From positions 9,971 through 73,970 of the forward strand of contig CAYSHY010000004.1 in the NCBI GenBank assembly GCA_964430955.1: a DNA stretch of 64,000 nt, read 5' to 3'. The DNA is from an uncultured Puniceicoccaceae bacterium (GTDB lineage Bacteria > Verrucomicrobiota > Verrucomicrobiia > Opitutales > Oceanipulchritudinaceae). Below are positions 55,067 through 62,975 of the stretch, piece by piece. Position 1 is the first letter of the stretch, and each line of letters opens with the position of its first letter. The position numbers and the translations under genes were made by a program. The notes under the pieces were generated by a model, which was not told the DNA's origin, searched no databases, and worked only from the letters and a program-made list of their open reading frames with translations.

Positions 55067-55398
55067 TTTTCTCCTGGATTCAAGGGCTCCGAGACACCTC
55101 AATATCGGGATCTTTCAAGACTTTGTCTGAGAACAGCGTCGATGCGCATTTCAGATCCCGTTTCATTCCATGATCTTCCGCGCAGGGGTGTGAAGTTATA
55201 ACTTTTTGCACGAAAATGTGAACTTAGCCTTGTCAGCGCGCGATAAGTTTCTCATTTATAAGGGGTCGCTGAAGTTTACATTGTTTTTACAAGTTAACCG
55301 GGAAGGAAGATTATGTCGCTATCGATCCTGACCCAGGCACAAGTGCATTGCTCTGCTGTTACGCCTTGGGAGAAAAATTTGAAAAAGGGGGAACTTTG

Positions 55399-55773
55399 AT
55401 GAGTGCGAGTGAAGTGAGAGATGAGCTTGAAGCATCGGTGGAGCTTGAGAGCCCGCAGAACAGTCGCAATCGGCTAACACCGCTATCGGAGGCAAAGCCC
55501 CGAATCCGACGTCGAACCAACACTTCCCGCCGTTCCCGCGCAGATACCTTGGAGCGCACGTCAATAACGCTCAAGGACGCAGACCGCGCTGCCCTGCAGA
55601 AACTGTCCATGTTTTTTATCGAGCGAGGCTACCATCGTGTACAGACATCGAGTCTGGTGCAGCTGGCGCTTCAGGTGACTGCAGAGCTGCTTGAAGATTG
55701 CGAAGACACTGTGATCGACACTCACGAAAAGATTCGTAGTGGCGACCGGCGCAAGAGCCGGGGTTCGGTATAG
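55399..55773 (+). CDS. Hypothetical small protein, possible ribbon-helix-helix C-terminal half
   Basis: ATG 55399 (MSASEVRDE..). The N-terminal half is Arg/Ser-rich and looks disordered. The segment RTSITLKDADRAALQKLSMFFIERGYHRVQTSSLVQLAL is compatible with strand-helix-helix. The call is weak. Confidence 0.4.
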   Translation: MSASEVRDELEASVELESPQNSRNRLTPLSEAKPRIRRRTNTSRRSRADTLERTSITLKDADRAALQKLSMFFIERGYHRVQTSSLVQLALQVTAELLEDCEDTVIDTHEKIRSGDRRKSRGSV

Positions 55774-55835
55774 ACAGTTCGACTCGCGGCTTCAGATGGT
55801 TGACCGTCGGGGGGCGTGCCAGCAAGGTAACGCCC

Positions 55836-56393
55836 ATGATCGCCATTGTTTCGGGGACGAACCGCCCCAAGAGTCGCAGCCGCGTTATTGCAGGAGTGCT
55901 GGAAAAGGCATATCGTGAGGCCGGAGTGGAGGCCCGCGTGCTCGACCTTCACGAGCTGCCTCTCGAGCTGTTCAGCCCCGAGGCCTACTCGAAGAAACCC
56001 GAGAGCTTCGAGAAGCAGTTCATAGAGCCGATTCTGCAGGCGCAGGGCGTTCATTTCGTGACCCCCGAGTATAATGGGAGCTTCCCCGGGGCTTTGAAGT
56101 ACTTCATCGACATGTTGCCATTTCCCGCCAGCTTCGAGGCGCGCCCCATGGCCTTGACTGGGATCAGTAGTGGGCGATTTGGCGCGCTGCGCCCAGTCGA
56201 ACAATTGCAGATGGTGCTGGGCTACCGTAATGCCTTTGTTTACCCGCAACGTGTTTTCATCGCCAGCGCTTCCCAAGCCTTGGGGGCGGAAGGCGTCTTC
56301 GCCGATCCAGCATTAAGAGAGCGATTGGAGGCGCAGGCCCGCGGGTTTGCCGCATTTGCTCGAAAATTCAGCCCGGGCAGCTTGGAAGAGTGA
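55836..56393 (+). CDS. NAD(P)H-dependent FMN reductase family protein
   Basis: MIAIVSGTNRPKSRSRVIA..., VTPEYNGSFPGALKYFIDML. ATG 55836 is preferred. Confidence 0.8.
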   Translation: MIAIVSGTNRPKSRSRVIAGVLEKAYREAGVEARVLDLHELPLELFSPEAYSKKPESFEKQFIEPILQAQGVHFVTPEYNGSFPGALKYFIDMLPFPASFEARPMALTGISSGRFGALRPVEQLQMVLGYRNAFVYPQRVFIASASQALGAEGVFADPALRERLEAQARGFAAFARKFSPGSLEE

Positions 56394-56435
56394 GCATGGT
56401 TTGATCTTCAGTGAAACTGTTGGCAACTTGAGGCG

Positions 56436-56849
56436 ATGATCAAGTTCCTGCATACCCGAATTCGTGTCAGCAATCTGGAGAAATCTATCGAGTGGTACTG
56501 CAAGTACTGCGGCTTTCAGGTTCACAAGCGCAACGACAAGTCGCCCGCCGGCAATCAGATCGTGCATCTGGCCCTGCCTGGTAATGAGCATATGTTGGAG
56601 CTTACCTACTCCCCGGACTTCAAGGTGGAGTTCCCCGAAGACCTGATGCACACCTGCATTGGTGTCGACGATATTGTGCAGTATTGCCAGAAGATCGAAG
56701 ACGAAGGCGCCGTTATCTGGCCGTCGGACTGGAAACAGAAGTTTACCTCCGGCGGGATGAAGATGGCCTTTATTACGGATCCAGACGGCTATGAGGTAGA
56801 AATTCTGGAGAATAAACAGTCGGCTGGACCACAGGGGGTTCGCAAGTAG
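56436..56849 (+). CDS. gloA: Glyoxalase I (lactoylglutathione lyase) / VOC family protein
   Basis: Aligns to GloA including the metal-ligand positions: FLHTRIRV, LELTYS, HTCIGVDD, DPDGYEVEILE. Confidence 0.75.
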   Translation: MIKFLHTRIRVSNLEKSIEWYCKYCGFQVHKRNDKSPAGNQIVHLALPGNEHMLELTYSPDFKVEFPEDLMHTCIGVDDIVQYCQKIEDEGAVIWPSDWKQKFTSGGMKMAFITDPDGYEVEILENKQSAGPQGVRK

Positions 56850-56888
56850 CGAAAGCGACGCCCCCGTCACAAGTTTCCTGTCAAAAGA

Positions 56889-56918
56889 GAAGCGCTCCTG
56901 GTTTCCCGGGAGCGCTTC
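56889..56918. terminator. Bidirectional intrinsic terminator between convergent genes
   Basis: Stem GAAGCGCTCC (56889-56898) / GGAGCGCTTC (56909-56918). The minus-strand reading is followed by TCTTTTGA and the plus-strand reading by GTTCTTG. Confidence 0.65.
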
Positions 56919-56942
56919 GTTCTTGAAATAGTTCAGCCGTGA

Positions 56943-58577
56943 CTACCTTGGGAAATAGGTCCAGGGGAAGCTGGACTCGCTTGTGTGGAACCAACTGTCG
57001 GTGTTGGTGCTGTAGAGCCACATTCCCTGGGCGTTACCGCTGATCGAGAACAGCCAACCCATGCGCTCCTGGTGGAACCAGGGGAAGGCGCTGTCGTCAA
57101 CATAGCCCATCCATGTTTCGCGCTGGCCGGGTTCGCCGGGGAAGGGGTTTTCCGCACTCGGGGGCATAAGCGTTTCCAAGCGGTATACGCGGCCATCGCT
57201 CTTTGCCATGATGTAGATTTCCCCATCGAGATCCTGACCTAAACGCAGGTCTGCTCGGTCGCGATTCACGTATTTCTTGACCATGTCCATGACAGTTGTG
57301 GACTTGCCCTGCTCATCCTCCAGAGCCAGCCAAGTAACGGTCTGTTGCTGGTTTTGCTCAACACTGTCAGCGTCGATGTACATCAACTTGCCGCTCACGA
57401 TCTCGCCGAAGACATACTTGCCGTAGAGCTCGGGGGTCTTGTTGCCGCGGTAAACGAAGCCGCCTACGATCGACGCCCAGGCGTCGGTAGGGATGCCGCC
57501 ATTCGGATGGTTGGGGAACTGCGAACGCTTGTGGTCAAACTGTGCAACAGGGTAGGTGTAGCCCAGCGTGTCGTCATTTGCCGGCAGTGGGTAAACATGC
57601 GTGCCGGTGTCGTAGCCCATATTGCGGTTGTAGAACCAGGTTCCTTCGCGGTCTGGCCAGCCGTAGTTGCGGCCGGGCTCAACAAGGTTGACCTCCTCGA
57701 TGTTGATTTCACCGATATCGCCAAGATACATGTTGCCGTTCAACCGGTCCCACGAAATACGATGCGGGTTACGGAAGCCAAGGGCCCAAATTTCGGGACG
57801 CGCTTCCGGGTCGTTTACAAACGGATTGTCTGAGGGAATTCCGTATTTGCCATTCTCGGAGTTGTTACCCAGCGGATCGATGCGCATGACTGTGCCGTAC
57901 AGACTGTCCTTGCGGCCCGTGTTTCCTGGCGACTCGTAGTACATTGATCCGGTGTCGCCCAAGGTTAGGTAGAGCATGCCGTAGTCGGGGTCGCCAGGTT
58001 GGGCTGTCGGGTTGAAGCCGATATCCTGCATGCCGTGCCGGGTTTGATGGCAATTTACGCGCAAGAGTTCGCGGAAGGTGCCTGAGAAAACGTCGGCAGA
58101 TGGATCGGTCACCGTCCACTCCATCCATACGGCCTGCATCCCGTAGGTTACGTTAATCGGGGGGCTAAAGTCCGCCGTCCCGCTGCCGGGTTCTTCGGAG
58201 TGGGCAGTATAGAACTTGCCGTTCGTGGCGAACTCCGGGTGGAAAGCCATCGCAGAAAGACCGTTGGCAAGGCCGGTGGAGCGCAGCTTGTTCCCCACAT
58301 GCGTCTTCAGGTCCAAATAGGTGGATACCTTACCATCCTTGATGAGGTAAATGTAGCCATAAAGGTCTGTCACAAAATAGCGTCCCGTGCCGTCAGGTGA
58401 CTCGGTCAGGTTGAGGACTTTTGTGCGAGGCGACGAGCCTGCCGATGGAATAGTGGCGATGTAACGGGCCTTTACAGTGATGTCCGCCGGCTGCGGTACT
58501 GGCGTCGGGTTCTTTAGCTGCGCATTGGCTGTGAAGCAGGCCAACACTGGCAGCGTAGCAAACAGAACTTTTTTCAT
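56943..58577 (-). CDS. Secreted PQQ-dependent sugar (glucose/sorbosone) dehydrogenase-like beta-propeller with Trp-rich C-terminal tail, paralog 1
   Basis: Signal peptide MKKVLFATLPVLACFTANAQ. FHPEFATNGKFYTAHSE, HGMQDIGFNP, LYLTLGDTG, GFRNPHRISWD, GDIGEINIEEVNLVEPGRNYGWPDREG. Tail at nt 56946-57119. Confidence 0.8.
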   Translation of the reverse strand: MKKVLFATLPVLACFTANAQLKNPTPVPQPADITVKARYIATIPSAGSSPRTKVLNLTESPDGTGRYFVTDLYGYIYLIKDGKVSTYLDLKTHVGNKLRSTGLANGLSAMAFHPEFATNGKFYTAHSEEPGSGTADFSPPINVTYGMQAVWMEWTVTDPSADVFSGTFRELLRVNCHQTRHGMQDIGFNPTAQPGDPDYGMLYLTLGDTGSMYYESPGNTGRKDSLYGTVMRIDPLGNNSENGKYGIPSDNPFVNDPEARPEIWALGFRNPHRISWDRLNGNMYLGDIGEINIEEVNLVEPGRNYGWPDREGTWFYNRNMGYDTGTHVYPLPANDDTLGYTYPVAQFDHKRSQFPNHPNGGIPTDAWASIVGGFVYRGNKTPELYGKYVFGEIVSGKLMYIDADSVEQNQQQTVTWLALEDEQGKSTTVMDMVKKYVNRDRADLRLGQDLDGEIYIMAKSDGRVYRLETLMPPSAENPFPGEPGQRETWMGYVDDSAFPWFHQERMGWLFSISGNAQGMWLYSTNTDSWFHTSESSFPWTYFPR

Positions 58578-58794
58578 TGGGGAATATAGGGTTGTTCGCT
58601 GTGGGAGCGAAGGGGGGATGCTTTGCAACCAGTTGAGCGCGGTCAGGCACAAGGAAGCGAAGCTTATCACCTGCGAAAAGTAACCTAATGAAGGCTGCCT
58701 ACAAGCAGCAAATGAGAAGAGAGAAGAGGGGGTTCACGGCAAGAAGAGAATGAGCACGGTCTTGGCGCCGATGAAGCCAGCAGGAACTGGCGAC

Positions 58795-58828
58795 AAAAAA
58801 GAGCCCTCTGCACGGGCAGAAGGCTCTT
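58795..58828 (-). terminator. Rho-independent terminator of the upstream dehydrogenase paralog
   Basis: The minus strand reads AGAGCCTTCTGC-CCGT-GCAGAGGGCTCT, a 12-bp stem with one G-U pair, followed by TTTTT. It begins 27 nt after the stop at 58855. Confidence 0.8.
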
Positions 58829-58854
58829 GGTAAATCTTGATTTGCAGAAGCCGC

Positions 58855-60468
58855 TTAGCGGGCAATGTAGATCCAGGGGTAGGCGTCCTGGGAGCTCCAC
58901 ATCCAGCTATCCCGATGCTGGTAAAGGAACCACATGCCGTCTGCATCACCCTGCATCATGAAGAGCCAGCCAAGCTGTTGATGCTCTACCCATGGATAGC
59001 TGGTATCGTCCAGCTCGCCCATCCAGGTATCTTTCAATCCCGGCTCGCCCTCGAAGGGGTTCTCTGGAGGTGGAGGCGTCAGGGATTCAAAGCGGTACAC
59101 TGCACCATCGATCTTGGTTAGCAGGTAAATGTTGCCCTTGAGGTCCTGGCTGAAGCGCAGATCCGCACGGTTGCTGTTCTTGTTGCGCTTTACAAGGTCG
59201 AGAGCGGTGAAGCTCTGATTGTTGTCCAGCTTCGCCTTGAACTCGTAAACTGGAACCTGGTTCCCCAGTTGGACCGCGTCGGCCTCAAAGTACTTCATAC
59301 GGCCGCTGGCGATGTCGCCCAAGACGAACTTGCCCTTAAGCTCGGGAAGCTCATTGCCACGGTAAACGCCGCCCAATGCGATGGCGTTGACGCCGTTCTT
59401 ATCCTCCTGGTGGTCGTATTGCGCTACTGGATAGGTGAAGCCGAAGGACTCGTCATTATCTGGAAGCTCGTACAGGTAGAAGCTGTTGGCGCCGCTGTTG
59501 CGATCAAACAACCAGGTGCCTTCGCGGTCTGGCCAACCGTAGTTATGACCGGGAAGGATAAGGTTCACTTCCTCGATGTTCATTTCCCCGATATCGCCCA
59601 GGTACATGTCTCCGGTGGCTGGGTCCCAGTTCATGCGGTGCGGGTTGCGGAATCCCATTGCCCATATCTCCTTGCGTGCTTCGGGATCGTTAGCGAAGGG
59701 GTTGTCGGCAGGAATTCCATATTTTCCGTTGGGTGAGTTGTTGCCCAGCGGGTCAATACGCATGATCGTGCCCAGCAGGCTACCTTTGTGGCCGAGATTT
59801 CCCGGTCGCCCGTCCCTCATGGATGCGCCATCACCGAGGGTCATGTACAAAATTCCATAGTCCGGATCGCCAGACTTTGCGGTGGGGTTGAAGGCAAGCT
59901 CCTGCACCCCGTGCAGGTTTCCGGGAACATTTACGCGTAGGAGCTCGCGGCGCGTACCGGTGAAAGTGTTCGCAGAGGGATCATCTGCAGTCCACTCCGT
60001 CCAGACCCCCTGCAGGGTGAAGGTCGCCACATTTGGTGGAGTAAAATCAGGTGTTCCGGATCCGGGAGCTTCGGCATGGCCCGTGTAGAATTTACCGTTG
60101 GTGGCAAAATCGGGGTGGAATGCAAACGCAGACAGCCCCGTGCCCATCCCGGGAGCATCGATGAACTTGTTGCCGATCTGCTGCTTTACATCGATATAAA
60201 CCGAATAATCGCCGTCCTCGATCAGGTAGATCTTGCCGCGCAGGTCCAGGACAAACAGACGCCCAGAGCCATCAGGCGCCTCACGAAGCATGTTTATGCC
60301 CTTGGCGAGAGCGCCAACGGCCGGAAGTCTGACAATTTCGGTAGCCTTAACTCGTACGTCAGACGGTAATACAGAAGGGGCCGGGTTCTGCAATTGTGCG
60401 CTGACAGGGGCAACGCACGCGCAGAGAAGCGCCGGAATGAGGTAGTATTTTGGGGACATTCGAAGCAT
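58855..60468 (-). CDS. Secreted PQQ-dependent sugar dehydrogenase-like beta-propeller with Trp-rich C-terminal tail, paralog 2
   Basis: Leader MLRMSPKYYLIPALLCACVAPVSAQ (ATG 60468 or 60459). Collinear with paralog 1: FHPDFATNGKFYTGHAE, HGVQELAFNP, LYMTLGDGA, GFRNPHRMNWD, GDIGEMNIEEVNLILPGHNYGWPDREG. Tail at nt 58858-59031. Confidence 0.8.
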   Translation of the reverse strand: MLRMSPKYYLIPALLCACVAPVSAQLQNPAPSVLPSDVRVKATEIVRLPAVGALAKGINMLREAPDGSGRLFVLDLRGKIYLIEDGDYSVYIDVKQQIGNKFIDAPGMGTGLSAFAFHPDFATNGKFYTGHAEAPGSGTPDFTPPNVATFTLQGVWTEWTADDPSANTFTGTRRELLRVNVPGNLHGVQELAFNPTAKSGDPDYGILYMTLGDGASMRDGRPGNLGHKGSLLGTIMRIDPLGNNSPNGKYGIPADNPFANDPEARKEIWAMGFRNPHRMNWDPATGDMYLGDIGEMNIEEVNLILPGHNYGWPDREGTWLFDRNSGANSFYLYELPDNDESFGFTYPVAQYDHQEDKNGVNAIALGGVYRGNELPELKGKFVLGDIASGRMKYFEADAVQLGNQVPVYEFKAKLDNNQSFTALDLVKRNKNSNRADLRFSQDLKGNIYLLTKIDGAVYRFESLTPPPPENPFEGEPGLKDTWMGELDDTSYPWVEHQQLGWLFMMQGDADGMWFLYQHRDSWMWSSQDAYPWIYIAR

Positions 60469-60672
60469 AATTTCAGAAATTCTAATGGGAATGACAAGCC
60501 GTTTGATTAAAGTTAGCTTGAAATTAGCCATTGAGGTAGCGGCGTTGCACCCCAACGCCTTGTCAATCATTGAGATTTTTTAAGGTTAACAAATCTCAGT
60601 GAAGGCGACGTTACCGCACGAATCTTGCCGTGGCTCTCCCATTAGCCACTTATCCCGGCAGTAGGACAATCC

Positions 60673-62226
60673 TCAAACCAGGCGGATAAGGTCGCGAACT
60701 TCCGGAACATCCTTGATGATCTGCGATGGATCAGGACCCACGCCGATGTAGCGCAGGTTTGGCAGTTCGCGTTGTTCGTTTAGCTGGCCTTCGTAGGCGA
60801 CTTCAAGAGTTGTCTTCACCATCGCTGCCACATAGCGGCGGGCGTTTGCCGGAAGATCGTTGAAGTGGCGCACTGTGCTGATGTCCTCCTCCCATCCGGG
60901 TAGCTGGAGGTAAACAGGCCTTAATGTTGCGTGAACCGCTGCGTTGCGGGGCACGTGCTTGACGAGATTGCCTTGGCTGTCCCGGTAGCCGACGCAAATC
61001 AGGAGCTCTCCTCCCTGCCAATCATCTGAGTAGGTCAGCGCGTCGAGCTTGTTGATCATTAGATCGGTAAATCCACCGTAGCGGAGCGCGTCGCCCTTCT
61101 CAACGGCGTCGTACCAACCCACCATGCGCTGACGCCCCGTGGAAGTGCCGAACTCCAGTTTCTTCAGCTTCACCGCAAGGGGATGGGCGTCGTCCATCTG
61201 AGTGATAAAGACGTGATTGCCCACCTTGGTGTCATAAGCCTTGCATACACCGATCGTGTGCACCGGTTGAATCGGCACGCAGACGCTGTTGAAGAACTCC
61301 GGCGTATAAGTGTGGGATGCCGTCAGGCTGCGGGTAAAGCCAAACCGCTTGTCTAGCCAGAAGCTCTGGCCAAACTCTCCGATAACGTAGCGGCCTTCCC
61401 TGAGGCTCGCGAGCACCCGTTCGCGAAGGTCGCCAATCTGATTGCGAAGCTCCTGGCCGGCCTGCCAATAGGTTTCCACAATTGCCTGGATGTTCAGACT
61501 GAACGGTTCCTCGCCACGGAATCGGGTAAAGTCGAACTCGCTCTCGGTAAATCGGCCAGTTTCCAATGTAGGAGCATTTGCGCGCAACTCAGCAGCTGTA
61601 AGTGTATCGAAGAAGCTGTTCCAGACGTCTTCGGGAACCATGCAGACGTGCTGGATTGTGCGGGCCGCGCGAACCAGGCGAGCTTCCATCTTCCGTGCAA
61701 ACTCTGCGCGGTCGCCCAGGAACTCGTAGTAGAAAATCTGTAAATGGGCGGTTTCCTCGCCAAAGGCCGGCGAAATGCCCCGGCCGGTGCTCCCACGGGC
61801 AGGCTCTCCAATGACCTGTGTGCGATAGTATTCCCAGGCCAGGTCCAGAAGCCGGTGAGATACGTCGCTCACCATGGTCTTCTCATCGATGAGCAGACGC
61901 TTGCGCACATCGTGGCCGTTTTGCTCGATATAGGCGCCTTCCCACAGGAACTTGCGTGGATCAGCCACAACGCCCGCACCGATGCCAAGAGTCTGGATGC
62001 CTGTGTCCACCACCCCTGCCGGGTAGAGGTTCAGCTTCAAGCCGCCACAGGTGTGCCCGCTGTTGGCCCCGCCGTTGACTTTCACCACCACCCCAACGGG
62101 ATCTTTTTGACCGGTCGTTTCCTGAAGTTCGGTTACGACCTCGGGGATGAGACGGCCTTTGCCCTCATCTCCCATGCTTATACCGCAATCTGCAATGATC
62201 TGACTGGTGAATGCTTTCAGCGCCAC
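60673..62226 (-). CDS. purA: Adenylosuccinate synthase family protein, long divergent form (517 aa)
   Basis: Family motifs are present but altered: SMGDEGKGR, VNGGANSGHT, GSTGRGISPAF, GEFGQSFWLD, KAYDTKVG, EFGTSTGRQRMVGWYD, NKLDAL, GVGPD. It is about 85 aa longer than the canonical enzyme. Confidence 0.75.
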   Translation of the reverse strand: MALKAFTSQIIADCGISMGDEGKGRLIPEVVTELQETTGQKDPVGVVVKVNGGANSGHTCGGLKLNLYPAGVVDTGIQTLGIGAGVVADPRKFLWEGAYIEQNGHDVRKRLLIDEKTMVSDVSHRLLDLAWEYYRTQVIGEPARGSTGRGISPAFGEETAHLQIFYYEFLGDRAEFARKMEARLVRAARTIQHVCMVPEDVWNSFFDTLTAAELRANAPTLETGRFTESEFDFTRFRGEEPFSLNIQAIVETYWQAGQELRNQIGDLRERVLASLREGRYVIGEFGQSFWLDKRFGFTRSLTASHTYTPEFFNSVCVPIQPVHTIGVCKAYDTKVGNHVFITQMDDAHPLAVKLKKLEFGTSTGRQRMVGWYDAVEKGDALRYGGFTDLMINKLDALTYSDDWQGGELLICVGYRDSQGNLVKHVPRNAAVHATLRPVYLQLPGWEEDISTVRHFNDLPANARRYVAAMVKTTLEVAYEGQLNEQRELPNLRYIGVGPDPSQIIKDVPEVRDLIRLV

Positions 62227-62432
62227 GTCTGGAATCCTTTAGTGAGGCGCCGTCGGTAGCGCCCAAACAGGTGATGCTTGTCTCGAAAAATGCCTGCGGC
62301 AACCGAAAAGCTCAGCTTTGTTGTCCAAGGAACATTCGAGGGCATTGCCGACCACGCCAATTGCTCAAGATCCTGTGATCTTGTCGCGCGCCGCTTTCCG
62401 TTCTGGGCGCGAAGCGATTGTGCGGAACTTAA

Positions 62433-62975
62433 CTAGTCGGCGTTCTTCGCCCCGGCGTCCTGTTCGGCGAGCAGCCATAACAGGTCTGAGAGGCGGTTCA
62501 TATAGTGAAGAGGCTCCCGCCGGCAGGGGAACCCGGCCTCATTCATAGCGACAATGGCGCGCTCTGCGCGGCGGCACACGGTGCGGGCATGGTGCAGTTG
62601 GGCGGAGAATAAGGTCTCGCCGGGTTGGACAAACCCTTCGAATGATCCAGTGCGTGCTTCGAGTTCATTGACCAGCGCGTCCAGACGAATGACATCGTCT
62701 TCTCCAATTGGGGTGGTCTTGCTCTTGGCGTGAGCTTTCTCAAGGTCTTCGTGAGCGACTGCCAGCCACGCTCCCAGCCTTAGGAGATCGACCTGGAAAC
62801 TATGCAGGAGTTCTCTCAGGTCTGCCTTTTGAGCTGAGGCCCGAGCCACGCCGATCACGGCGGAGAGTTCGTCCACAGAACCATAGGCAGTTACACGCGG
62901 GTCTGTTTTTGAGACCCTGCGCCCATAGGCGAGGCTTGTCGTTCCATCGTCGCCACGCCGTGTGGAAATGCTCAT
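62433..62975 (-). CDS. ATP:cob(I)alamin adenosyltransferase, PduO type
   Basis: [38 protein letters not shown], then a helical bundle with LRLGAWLA and RRAER. Its ATG overlaps the guaB stop (ATGA at 62972-62975). Confidence 0.88.
   Translation of the reverse strand: MSISTRRGDDGTTSLAYGRRVSKTDPRVTAYGSVDELSAVIGVARASAQKADLRELLHSFQVDLLRLGAWLAVAHEDLEKAHAKSKTTPIGEDDVIRLDALVNELEARTGSFEGFVQPGETLFSAQLHHARTVCRRAERAIVAMNEAGFPCRREPLHYMNRLSDLLWLLAEQDAGAKNAD

Noticed and set aside
55067-60570. tRNA-Leu-adjacent genomic island or integrative element
   Set aside because: There is no integrase, excisionase, transposase or phage gene. I found no repeat of the tRNA 3' end by eye. Only the AT-rich spacer and accessory-type cargo hint at an insertion, so it is kept only as a weak regulatory-region finding.
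60673-62226. Phage-type PurZ (2-aminoadenine pathway) interpretation of the divergent AdSS-like gene
   Set aside because: The gene is chromosomal, co-directional with guaB, and much longer than the phage PurZ proteins I recall. No companion genes (dATPase, MazZ-like, DNA polymerase) are nearby. A divergent housekeeping purA is the simpler reading.
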